Shown: one piece after another, positions 10,381-19,592 of the stretch
Position numbering within the stretch: position 1 is the stretch's first letter
How the letters are laid out: every line of letters starts with the position of its first letter
From: Saprolegnia diclina VS20
Taxonomy: Eukaryota
DNA: 20,000 bases
NCBI RefSeq assembly: GCF_000281045.1
Contig: NW_008246114.1
Span: forward strand, 155,239 to 175,238
Direction of reading: 5' to 3'
Translations under genes and position numbers: made by a program
Notes under the pieces: model-generated
What the model saw: the letters and a program-made list of their open reading frames with translations, nothing else
The model's database searches: none
Told to the model about the DNA's origin: nothing

Positions 10381-10388
10381 TGATTGGC
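10381..10388 (-). promoter_or_regulatory. Reverse CCAAT box (TGATTGGC) upstream of GH6 gene A
   Basis: TGATTGGC starts 153 nt before ATG 10534, and a second GATTGGC lies near 10467. Confidence 0.5.
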
Positions 10389-10533
10389 TGAAATCAGATC
10401 TTACACAGCCATGTTGGCGCGCCATGCTGCCACGTCCAAACTTAGCTTCGCGCTGTGTGCCTCTACGATTGGCATTCGCCATTCGACGTGGTCACTGCAC
10501 GCGACGTCCCTACCCGCGTACTCACTTGCATCC

Positions 10534-12069
10534 ATGCAGCTCTCAACGATCCTCTTGTGGTTTTTACCGGTGACGCTCGGGCACCTCTGCGTCGTGCCCC
10601 CGTATTCGTACACGTCCAATTCAGACCCGGCGCTCGCAACCGCGCTGGGAGTGCTCCAGCAAAGCCCGATTGGCACGTGGGTCAATGACAATGGTCACAA
10701 CCCGGTGCCCGACGTCCTCGCAAAGTGCGACAATGGGGCTGTCCCCATCTTTATCATTTACGGTCTCCCGAACAAGGACTGCGCGGCGGGCTACTCGGGC
10801 GGCGGCAACAACAAAAACACTGAAGAGTACGCGTCTTGGCTTCAAACGATCGTGTCGACGGTCGGGTCCCGCGAGGTCATTTACATTGTCGAACCCGACG
10901 CGCTCGGGCTCCTCTCGCAGCAAGGGTGCGCCGTCAACCTCGCATACGAAGCCAACTTGAAGACTGCCGTGGAAGTCCTGAGTCAAAACACCAACGCACA
11001 CATTTACGTCGACGTCGCGGGTTGGGCCACCGAGTCGGTTGCTATCTCGGTGCTCCAGGCACTCAAAACAGCCGGTCGCCTCGCAGGCATCTCGATCAAC
11101 ACGTCCAACTACCAGTCCAACGACGCTATGCTGCGTGTCTGCAGCACGTACTCGAGCGCGACAGGTGGTCTCCACTGCGTCATTGATACGTCCCGCAACT
11201 ACCGCGGGTCGCCGCAGAACGAGTGGTGCAATGCTAAGTCGGCCGGTATCGGCGCGCCGCCAACCGAAACGACCAATCATGAGCTCGTCGACTATTACCT
11301 CTGGCTCAAGGTACCTGGTGAGAGCGACGGACAGTGCACGGACAGCGGGCGCTCTTCAGATGCGATGGCGGGCCCCGGCGCCGGTCAGTTTTTTACTCAA
11401 GTGTTTACGTCGCTTTGGAACAATGGCTACTACGTCGCGCAAGGCGCCGCACCGATCGGTGGCGCGCCGCCCCCGTCCACTGCAGCCCCCGTTCCGGCGC
11501 CACCGCCGGCAACCACGGCCCCCGTGGTGACCCCAACACCTGCGTCCGAGACGACACCGGCCCCTGCACCCTCGACACCAACACCGACAACACCGACGAC
11601 GCCAACACCGACTACGCCAACACCGACGACACCGACACCAACGACAGATGCACCGAAGACACCAACGACGGATGCACCCACGTACCCGACCCGCGAATCG
11701 GACAGCGACGACGACGATTACCCGTGCGAAATTGACGAGGACAACATTGCTACGATGCCGCCGCGCACGACGCCACCGCCGCCGACGGAAGCGAAGGCTG
11801 AGAACGTGACCACGCCGGCGCCCGCGGCCGTCAACTTGGCGGCGCAGATGCAATCGACTTCCGCAGTCGAGTCGCCACCGACGCTGCTTTCACCGGGTGG
11901 CACCGTCGCGATCGCTCTCGCCGTGATTGCGCTCGTCGCGCTCGTCGTCTTCTCTGTTTTTAGCGTGCGTCGGCATCGCAAGCGCTTTGGTGACCGCGAT
12001 GACCAAGTCGTGGCGCTCGATTCGACGGGCATTGCTGTATTGCTGTCGACACCGGCTGCCAAACTCTAA
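10534..12069 (+). CDS. Glycoside hydrolase family 6 cellulase with signal peptide, Pro/Thr linker and C-terminal transmembrane helix (511 aa)
   Basis: Signal peptide MQLSTILLWFLPVTLG. GH6 motifs IYGLPNKDC, IVEPDAL (catalytic-acid Asp motif), YVDVAGW, INTSNY, VIDTSRN, WCN and WLKVPGESDG. PT/TPT-rich stalk, then hydrophobic GTVAIALAVIALVALVVFSVFSV followed by RRHRKR. Confidence 0.93.
   Translation: MQLSTILLWFLPVTLGHLCVVPPYSYTSNSDPALATALGVLQQSPIGTWVNDNGHNPVPDVLAKCDNGAVPIFIIYGLPNKDCAAGYSGGGNNKNTEEYASWLQTIVSTVGSREVIYIVEPDALGLLSQQGCAVNLAYEANLKTAVEVLSQNTNAHIYVDVAGWATESVAISVLQALKTAGRLAGISINTSNYQSNDAMLRVCSTYSSATGGLHCVIDTSRNYRGSPQNEWCNAKSAGIGAPPTETTNHELVDYYLWLKVPGESDGQCTDSGRSSDAMAGPGAGQFFTQVFTSLWNNGYYVAQGAAPIGGAPPPSTAAPVPAPPPATTAPVVTPTPASETTPAPAPSTPTPTTPTTPTPTTPTPTTPTPTTDAPKTPTTDAPTYPTRESDSDDDDYPCEIDEDNIATMPPRTTPPPPTEAKAENVTTPAPAAVNLAAQMQSTSAVESPPTLLSPGGTVAIALAVIALVALVVFSVFSVRRHRKRFGDRDDQVVALDSTGIAVLLSTPAAKL
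11570..11690 (+). repeat. Coding low-complexity tandem repeats (TPTPT/TPTTDAP) in the GH6-A linker
   Basis: Imperfect repeats such as ACACCGACGACGCCA and ACACCAACGAC(A/G)GATGCACC encode a mucin-like Thr/Pro stalk. Confidence 0.75.
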
Positions 12070-12370
12070 GCGGCGTCGACGGTCGACCATATTCCTTTCC
12101 GGCATACAAGGACATGGTAACAACAGACGCAGTTGCTCTTTCACGATAGTATGTGTGTACGAGATGTATCACAAATATTTCTTTCAAATATCTTTGTCGG
12201 CGGTGACGAATCTCTCGTTCGCGTTTAAACATGGGATTGAAGTGGTGTAGACAGAGGTGACGCGGTGTTTGCGAAGTGCGGAGAAGAATTCTGCAACAGT
12301 GGTTTTTAAGTGTTGGGCGAATTTAGAGTGTCCCTCAATATCAAATGTAGAACTATACCGCTATAAACAT

Positions 12371-12441
12371 GCGCTATTGGTTTAGTGGTAAAATATCTCG
12401 TTGCCATCGAGATGCCCCGGGTTCGATTCCCGGATGGCGCA
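12371..12441 (+). tRNA. tRNA-Gly (anticodon GCC)
   Basis: Acceptor stem GCGCTAT/ATGGCGC plus discriminator A. D-arm/A-box TGGTTTAGTGG. Anticodon arm TCTCG-TTGCCAT-CGAGA with GCC at 12403-12405. T-arm CCGGG-TTCGATT-CCCGG. No intron and no encoded CCA. Confidence 0.96.
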
Positions 12442-12446
12442 TTTTT
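12442..12446 (+). terminator. RNA polymerase III oligo-T terminator
   Basis: TTTTT immediately follows the tRNA discriminator base. Confidence 0.8.
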
Positions 12447-13301
12447 GGATTTGTTTTGGCCATTTTCACATTTTAATTTTCATCAATTTGCGATTTCACA
12501 AAGCACAACCCTGCTTTTTAGTAACCAACAGTACAACCTCTTCCCACGCCTCTCAGCTATTTTATGATACCACTAGGACCTAGCATCAAAAAGCTTCCAT
12601 CGATTGATTGAATTTTCTGTCAATTTTGTTTTTTTGGACGCCTTTTCACACCTCTTCGGTGTCCTCTTGCACGCGATTCTATCGCTTATCCGAGGACCAT
12701 CTCACGTCACTGTTCATCGCAATTTTGAAGCCTTTTCTGACCAGTTCATGCGCTTAGAGCGGGCCATTCATTGTACAATATCTTGTGCGATATCAAAAAT
12801 GCACTACATCTCGAATGTGGTATTTTTCATGTTCCATGATTCGGGTCATAACATGCGCATCTCAAATTATGTCGAGGATAATTTTTGTGCTTCATCTTGG
12901 CCATTTTTATATATTGACTTTTGATCTCAAACAAGGTCACTTATATCACGCTACACAACTCTCTCGGCGACGCGACGAGGTGTTTTGTTATCTCCAAGAG
13001 TTTCTCTATCGTCATGCCAAGTTTCAGCACTTTCATTTCTGACTCGAAATGCACTAGGATGTGAGGAAGCGAGAGGTGTCTATGACCTATTCTGTCTTCA
13101 GTACGAGAGCAGGAAGAAGGTAGACAGTCACACCGTGACTAGGCTTTAACCAGGGTTCACTCTCAACGATAAAAACCCTTCGAGTATTTGTGTCTTCAGC
13201 ACTTTGAGGTACCGAAACGTGGAAACCATTCTGCAAAGATAAATTGAGAATTGATTTGCAACATGTATTATGAAACGATTATGACTGTGGAGCCGTGAGA
13301 T

Positions 13302-14297
13302 CTAGCGGTGCCCAAACGGCCAGAGACCAGTCTTGCTCTTCTTTAGCCGTCGTCGTCGTTGGTCAGGGATGTCGTCCGTGAGCTCTTCTGGCGTCTCGGC
13401 GATGGATGGTAGTGGCGGCGGTACTGCGAGGATGGCCGACATTGGCATGGAGTCCTCACAGGACCACCGCTCTTCGTCGTCGTTGGGAGGATCCGACTCG
13501 ATCATGATGGGTGTGTCGTCGATGCCACCGCAGCGTGGACATTCGAACAGGCGGCTTGAGACCGCGCGGTGCCACTTGTCTAAAGCCCTTGCCGCGTCCA
13601 TTGTCACAACCTCGACCGTCACGTTCGCTGCGTTGAGCTCCAGCTGCAAATTTCGGATGACTTCATCCGCTGCAGCCGACTTGTGGAGCGACGCGAGAGC
13701 TTGGTGTGCCAAGTTCTGAACGGATGTATCAAGAGATGCTTGTGTGGTGGCCTGCAGAGCGATCGAGGCGTCGAGTTGGTCGCGTAAAGTCGCGACCTGC
13801 TGGTTGGATTCGGCCAAAGAGGCTTGGGTTGCAGCGAGCTGGCGCGTGTGCTCGGCTCGAAGCGCGTCGATCGCGCGAAGATGGTCGGCGGCCATTGTAT
13901 CCCGCTCGTGCTGCAGAGCACGAATCGTGGTCTCGGCTGCTGCTGTTGCGGCGCTGGAGGCGTCGAGTTGGCGCTGCAGTGTCGCTGCGGTGGCGGTGGA
14001 TGCGTCCAGAGACGCCTGCATCGCGTCCACGTGGCGTTGTTGTGTGTCTTCAAGGAGCTCCATGACGGTGGCAGCGTCGAGCTGTGGGAGCTCGATCCCA
14101 GCCTCAAGTGGCTCTGGCTCGTCGAGATCGGTGTCGAGAAGATCGTGTTGCTGTTCGTCAGCGATCAAAGGCATGGTAGTTGTCGTCGGTGCGTCGTCAG
14201 TGGCATCTGTCGGCGTGGACGTGGCGTTGGAGTAGATCATGTAGGCCAGCCCGGCGGTCAAGACCGCCATCGTAGCGCGCCCAAAGTAAGCAGTCAT
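13302..14297 (-). CDS. Hypothetical protein (331 aa) with N-terminal hydrophobic anchor, coiled coil and basic C-terminus
   Basis: Intronless ATG-to-TAG ORF. It has a hydrophobic AVLTAGLAYMIY segment, an Ala/Gln/Leu-rich heptad region with recurring Q(A/R/D)xLDAS, a CPRC motif and an RRRRLKKSK tail. Confidence 0.75.
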   Translation of the reverse strand: MTAYFGRATMAVLTAGLAYMIYSNATSTPTDATDDAPTTTTMPLIADEQQHDLLDTDLDEPEPLEAGIELPQLDAATVMELLEDTQQRHVDAMQASLDASTATAATLQRQLDASSAATAAAETTIRALQHERDTMAADHLRAIDALRAEHTRQLAATQASLAESNQQVATLRDQLDASIALQATTQASLDTSVQNLAHQALASLHKSAAADEVIRNLQLELNAANVTVEVVTMDAARALDKWHRAVSSRLFECPRCGGIDDTPIMIESDPPNDDEERWSCEDSMPMSAILAVPPPLPSIAETPEELTDDIPDQRRRRLKKSKTGLWPFGHR

Positions 14298-14930
14298 GTT
14301 CGTTGTCGTCGTCGATGAAATGGTTTATGGAGAGCTGACCATCGCATCTCGCAGCGTGTAAAGGATGGCAAGCGACCCTTTGTACGCGTAAAGGGTGCGA
14401 GTAAAAGTAAGTGGAGCTGGCTTCCACTTCAAGATCCAAGAAACTTGACCATGGCGGCCCCGCTATCAAAATAGTGTCATGCACACACTGTGTCGCCCAG
14501 AAAATATATGGTTCATCTGCAAGTGTGCTATCAATATCATCGTACGATCCCGCCGCTGCTTGTATTACCAAGGGGTCCCTTGATTTTACTCTATTAGGAG
14601 ACCAAGTATGAAGCGCCAACGTGGTATTCCGACTGGTATTCGGGCTTGGGTCGACATCCAAGATCGCAATTCCACCAATGACACGGCAGCCTGGACACAT
14701 CCCTCACTATAAAAGCATCCTAAAACACCGATGAACTCTTGCACTCATCAAGATGACGTGACTACTCTTGATATATCGATGTATGGTATTGTCCATTGGG
14801 TGATGGAATACATTGTCGTCAGCGCTTGCGATCACGAACGTGGGTTGCGTGCGTCTAGTCAAACCTCTCAAATATGATATCCGTATCGAGTATAAGAGAC
14901 GCATGCTTGCAGTGTGCAAATCCAAGAAGC

Positions 14931-16448
14931 ATGAGCTCGCGCCCAGACGGCTGGAAGCACCTTGGCCGGTCGGCGAACGAGGGCCAGGAGCGCCGGCGGC
15001 AAGACGCGATCGCCCGGCAGCGCCAGGCCCGGCGGGACCTCACCATGCATGTCCGCGAGATGGCGATCCCGAGCGTTGGGGCCGACCTCGAGGACATCAC
15101 GGCGGGCTTGGACATGGACATCGAGGTGTCGTCGGCCAAGAGCCGCAAGAAGACGCGCGAGGACCGCGTGAAGGGCCGACGATCGATCTATAGCAACCAG
15201 CTCATGCACCCTGAGTGGATGGTGGACATTCCGAATGCGCTCAATGGCACGCACGCTGGCAACGGCGAAGGCTGGCTCGTCTTGCCGCGCCCGGACGGCA
15301 AGCGCTGCCTCGTGATCGCAGCCAAGTAGGCCATGGTTCACATACCTATCGTCGTCTTACAATCTGGCCTGTAGTGGCACGACCATTGCGCGGACGCACA
15401 GCGGAAGCGTACTCAAGAAGTTTCCGTCGGCGTTGCCCAGCGGTATGGCTCTGCCTCTACTTGTAGCTCATGTGCATTAGGCTCGCGCAAGACGAAATAT
15501 GGCGCCGACCAGTATTGCGTTCTCGACTGCATCTTCAACGACGTCGACGGAACCTTTTACATTCTCGACGTCATGTGCTGGAAGGTAGCTACCTGTCGAC
15601 CAAGGCGCCAAGCGCTCACGTCGATCGTAGGGCTACCTCTTGTACGACTGCACGGCCGAGTTTCGTTTCTACTGGCTTCAAGACAAACTCTCCGAGACGT
15701 CGGCGGTGAGTATCTCGTCGGCCAATCCATTCGCTTTTCAGGTATCCAGTCTTTCACTATCCAGTCGCTTGCACTATCCAAAATTTGCTCATTCGCTTCA
15801 TAGCCGATTCCGTATTTTGACTGCACGCCCGAGGGACTCTCAACTGCGTACCACGGCGCTTTCTCGTTCTCCAAGTACGCTCTCCACTCTGTCGCCACGG
15901 CTATACATGAGCGGTAGGGACGGTCTTCTCTTCTACTGCAAAGCCGGTGTCTACACGCTCGGGCTCTCGCCGCTCGTGCTGCTCTGGAAGGACGCTACCA
16001 CGAGTCCATACCCGAGCCAGCTCACGATTGTACTCACGGTCACCGAGACGTTTGCATGTGAAACGATCGAAGGACATGTGCTCACGACGCTGTCCCCCGA
16101 GACCATGACGGGTCATGAGGTACGCGTGCAAATACTTGCCAAGAACAGAGTTTCGATAGCGATGCGTAGATTGTGGCGGGCGACCTCGTGCGGTGCTCGA
16201 TCGAGTCGCTGGCATGGACGATTGCGGATGACAGCACCGTGGTGGTTGATGCGACTGGCGTTCATTTTCAGAAACGCTGTTCGGCCCAGCGCGGGATCGC
16301 CGACAGCTGGACCAAGATTGCCCACATTCTCAGCACCACGTGCTCGATTCACAACCTCTTGGAGGTGCCAATTCCCATATTCGTCACGGCATTTAGATAC
16401 ATTCTGTGCTAGGCGACGGCCGATGTCGCCATGGACATGGAAGGCTGA
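14931..16448 (+). CDS. SNUPN: Snurportin-1, m3G-cap snRNP nuclear import adaptor (393 aa; exons 14931-15325, 15375-15442, 15481-15584, 15631-15741, 15804-15874, 15918-16119, 16170-16364, 16413-16448)
   Basis: Seven GT-AG introns (49, 38, 46, 62, 43, 50 and 48 nt) give a 1182-nt open frame. IBB-like N-terminus QERRRQDAIARQRQARRDL. Snurportin motifs NQLMHPEWMVDIP, WLVLPRPDGKRCLVIA, FPSALPSG, YCVLDCIF, FYILDVMCWKG, YDCTAEFRFYWLQDKL, DGLLFY and GLSPLVLLWKD. Confidence 0.93.
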
Positions 16449-17990
16449 GTGCTGTACTTTTGAGTCGACTCTTGCGGCACCTGCCATTGGCATGTGAACG
16501 AGTGACGCGCCAGGGTAGTGTGTCGTATCCTCCTCGTCGATATACAACCCACCTCGTCATTTGCTTGAAACACGTGTCCGTTGAGCTCGTAGCCACTGAG
16601 ATCTGAGTGAGCCAGAGCGTCCGGGCATCAAAGGCTGCGCATCGCAAAGGGCAAAGTGGGCTAGCTGCATCGATCACCACACATTCCCCACATGTGAGAA
16701 ACGGTTTCACGTGTGCTTTTCACGTGCGAAATCACGATTGCAAAATGGGGATCGGCCAACACACGCGGGCCAAGCGAGGTGGGTTCCAACTCACTGAAGC
16801 TATAAAGGACAACATATTCCACGCGCGGCAGCGCTTCGATTAGTGTAGTTAAAGCTCCAACGGCGACGTCGGTTATGTCGGCGATAACGATATCGATGAT
16901 GACGTGGTCCACACAAGATACTTTTTTACATACCGAGTACCGTGCACTATAGTATACACGGGTGTGGGGACTGAAAATAAATCTGGAAAACTACAGCCAG
17001 CAGTGCATTGAAGTTGATGGCTATCGAATGCAGTCGATCTTCGTACTAATCGCTACTACGCTACACTGCGACGTCCACCGTCCAGCACAAAGGATCCAGC
17101 TCCGAGCATCGGTCCTACACGTCGACCAATCCAACCATGTCCCGGCGCAGCGATTGTTGGCCTATCCGCCTGCTTCGGCGCCAGTCATTTATGAATACGG
17201 GTAGACGGCGCGACAGAGGTGCGCGACAGCTTCGAAACACGCCGTGGCGTGTAGATGTACCCTTTGAACGCTTTTTTACACTTCGCTTTGGAGCGTGTTT
17301 TTGTAAGCCGGGTTTTCGAGTTTTGGGCGTCGCAAGCGGCGCGTCGACGTCGACGCACAACGTAAATTGGCCCGTGCCTGTCCAGCCTCTCGAAGCACTC
17401 GCTCTTCATAGCTATCTCGAGTGGGTACTCGAAGTAATAGTAGCTTTGGCGAGAAACGTTATGCTGATCGGTGGCCCAATTTCCCATCAACCATCTGCCG
17501 CGGCGACACCATGCAGGTCTGCGATGGAAATCGGTATGCAATATGCATAAAACACCGAATTCGAGGCCGGAATAAGGCATGCGCCTGAAATAAGGGCTTT
17601 GATTCCACGAGCATCCCACCAGCGGCAACCCGCACAAGCTCAACACGTACCACACCACCGCACGTCGTTCGTCGTCAACAGCGATTGTAATATAAGCCAT
17701 TCGCCCTCTGCATACCACGGCCTATCCAGTACTACCTTGCTTGGAGCGGTCGTGCTCCCTCAGATTCAGTTCAGTACATCTGCTGCGGCCAACAGCACGC
17801 TCTGGGGCGCACACTACGAGGCGAATGCGGTTGCGAAGGCAGCACTGTCTCGTCCAACAAGATACTACCGGTAGCTACTCGCCTGAGCACTGCGGCGACA
17901 GCGTTAGCGCTGCTACGGTGGTCGTGGCAATCGGTCAACGTCCGAAAGTATGCCAAATAATCGCTGAGCTGCAATGTCAACGCTTGCATG

Positions 17991-17998
17991 TGATTGGC
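17991..17998 (-). promoter_or_regulatory. Reverse CCAAT box (TGATTGGC) upstream of GH6 gene B
   Basis: TGATTGGC starts 153 nt before ATG 18144, and a second GATTGGC lies near 18032. Confidence 0.5.
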
Positions 17999-18119
17999 CA
18001 AAAGGCAAAAAGCAAGCAAATGCACGGCTGCGATTGGCTCCCACGCACACCACGGTGATCCCGTGACACACAAGTGCAATCTGCACGAACCAGATGCCGG
18101 CGGCGGCAGCGTCTACGGC

Positions 18120-18136
18120 GCATTCCCGATTTTCAC
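18120..18136 (+). promoter_or_regulatory. Oomycete Inr+FPR-like core promoter of GH6 gene B
   Basis: GCATTCCCGATTTTCAC fits CATTYBNNNWTTY and ends just before ATG 18144. Confidence 0.5.
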
Positions 18137-18143
18137 GCGTCCC

Positions 18144-19592
18144 ATGTACGTCCCGCGCCTTCTTGCCGCCATGGCGTTGGCCGCCAGCTCCGTCTCGGCG
18201 GGCCTCTGTACCGCCGTCTCGCCCGGCTCGTACGCCGAAGCGGCCAAGTACCCCGAGTTGAAGCCCGTCGTCGAAGTCTTGCGGCAATATGCGACCGCGA
18301 CCTGGTACACGGATCGCGGAGGCGACTCGATCTCGGAATTGCTCTCAAAGTGCGCCGGCGCCACGCCCGTCATTGTCGTCTACGGTCTCCCGGGCAAGGA
18401 CTGCTCCGGCCACTACTCGTCGAGCGGCGGCAACCAGTCGCCATCGGACTATGCGCGCTGGATCGACAGCCTCGTGTCCCGCGTCGGCAACACCAACGTC
18501 ATTTACATCCTCGAGCCCGACGCGATTGGCAATTTGGCCAACAACGAGTGCGCCAAGCAGAAGGGGTACCTTCCGAACCTCAAGGTCGCGCTGCAAAAGC
18601 TCTCGTCCAATGCGAACGCGCAGATCTACGCCGATGTCGCGGGCTGGGCCAATCAAGGCGCGGCCCAAGACGTGCTCTCCGACCTCAAGTCGGCCGGTCG
18701 CCTCAACGGCATTGCGATCAACACGTCCAACTACAAGGACACGGACACGCTCAAGAGCATTTGCGCGTCGTACTCGGGGGCCACCGGTGGGCTCCACTGC
18801 GTCTTTGATACCTCGCGCAACTTTAACGGATCACCCCAGAGTGAGTGGTGCAACGCCAAGTCGGGTGGCATTGGCGCACCGCCGGGGACGCCCACGGGCA
18901 GCTCGATCGTTGACCACTACCTCTGGATCAAAGTGCCTGGCGAGAGCGACGGTGAGTGCGACGATGGCACGCACTCGTCCGACTCGGGCAAGGGACCGGC
19001 GGCCGGGCAGTTTTTCAAGGAGAACTTTGCGCAGCTGTGGGACCACGGCTACTTTGTCAAGGAAAAGGGTCTGCCCAAGATCGGCGGCAACTGGGACAAC
19101 CAACCATCGCCGCAGCCATCGCCGCAGCCATCGCCGCAACCGTCGCCGTCGCCCTCGCCGAGTACAAGCGCCCCTGTCACGTCGACACCGGCGCCGACCA
19201 CCGAGACACCGGCACCGACGACCGAAACGGTGACACCGGCGCCGACCAATGCGACGACGACACCGACGCCGACGACCACCACCGAAGTACCCGCCCCGGT
19301 GACCGAAGCCGCGTCGATTGAGACGGCGGCGCCGACGACCAAGCCGGTTGCAACCACCGCGACCGCCAACATTGTGAGCGTCCAGTCGGGCAGCGAAGAG
19401 TCGTCAAGCAACGGGATTGTCATTGCGCTTGCGTCGCTCGTCGGTGTCGCGGCGGTCGTGGCCGCGGTCCTCGCGGCCGTCGTCATCCGGAAGCGCAACC
19501 TGCGCGAGAAGGACGACGATATGATCGAACGCGACTCGCGCGGCATCGTCGTGCTCATGGGCACCTCCCGGTACAGCGAAGCTGTGCTCTAA
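18144..19592 (+). CDS. Glycoside hydrolase family 6 cellulase paralogue with signal peptide, Pro/Ser/Thr linker and C-terminal transmembrane helix (482 aa)
   Basis: Signal peptide MYVPRLLAAMALAASSVSA. Motifs VYGLPGKDC, ILEPDAI, YADVAGW, INTSNY, VFDTSRN, WCN and WIKVPGESDG. PSPQ/TPAPT stalk, then TM GIVIALASLVGVAAVVAAVLAAVVI followed by RKR. Confidence 0.93.
   Translation: MYVPRLLAAMALAASSVSAGLCTAVSPGSYAEAAKYPELKPVVEVLRQYATATWYTDRGGDSISELLSKCAGATPVIVVYGLPGKDCSGHYSSSGGNQSPSDYARWIDSLVSRVGNTNVIYILEPDAIGNLANNECAKQKGYLPNLKVALQKLSSNANAQIYADVAGWANQGAAQDVLSDLKSAGRLNGIAINTSNYKDTDTLKSICASYSGATGGLHCVFDTSRNFNGSPQSEWCNAKSGGIGAPPGTPTGSSIVDHYLWIKVPGESDGECDDGTHSSDSGKGPAAGQFFKENFAQLWDHGYFVKEKGLPKIGGNWDNQPSPQPSPQPSPQPSPSPSPSTSAPVTSTPAPTTETPAPTTETVTPAPTNATTTPTPTTTTEVPAPVTEAASIETAAPTTKPVATTATANIVSVQSGSEESSSNGIVIALASLVGVAAVVAAVLAAVVIRKRNLREKDDDMIERDSRGIVVLMGTSRYSEAVL
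19101..19160 (+). repeat. 12-nt coding tandem repeat (QPSP)n in the GH6-B linker
   Basis: About three CCATCGCCGCAG-type units followed by SP repeats. Confidence 0.75.

Noticed and set aside
10384..10533. 50-aa N-terminal extension of GH6-A in the ORF track, and the equivalent 17994-18143 for GH6-B
   Set aside because: Both begin at a TTG inside the TGATTGGC box. In a eukaryote, the ATGs at 10534 and 18144 directly precede clear signal peptides.
12058..12069. C-terminal AKL resembling a PTS1 peroxisomal signal on GH6-A
   Set aside because: The protein has a signal peptide and TM helix (secretory pathway), and the paralogue ends in AVL.
14197..14880. 167-aa minus-strand ORF and neighbours between the coiled-coil gene and snurportin
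   Set aside because: No recognisable motif, weak codon bias, and out-of-frame overlap with the downstream gene start. Treated as divergent promoter or intergenic DNA.
16500..17990. ORFs of 60-177 aa on both strands, considered as a transposon remnant
   Set aside because: No transposase, RT or integrase motifs, no terminal repeats, and no coding-type codon bias.
18074..19564. Long alternative-frame and antisense ORFs (244, 314 and 171 aa) over GH6-B, and similar ones over GH6-A and FYVE-GAF
   Set aside because: By-products of high GC3 and repetitive linkers, giving low-complexity R/S/T/P or V/G translations.
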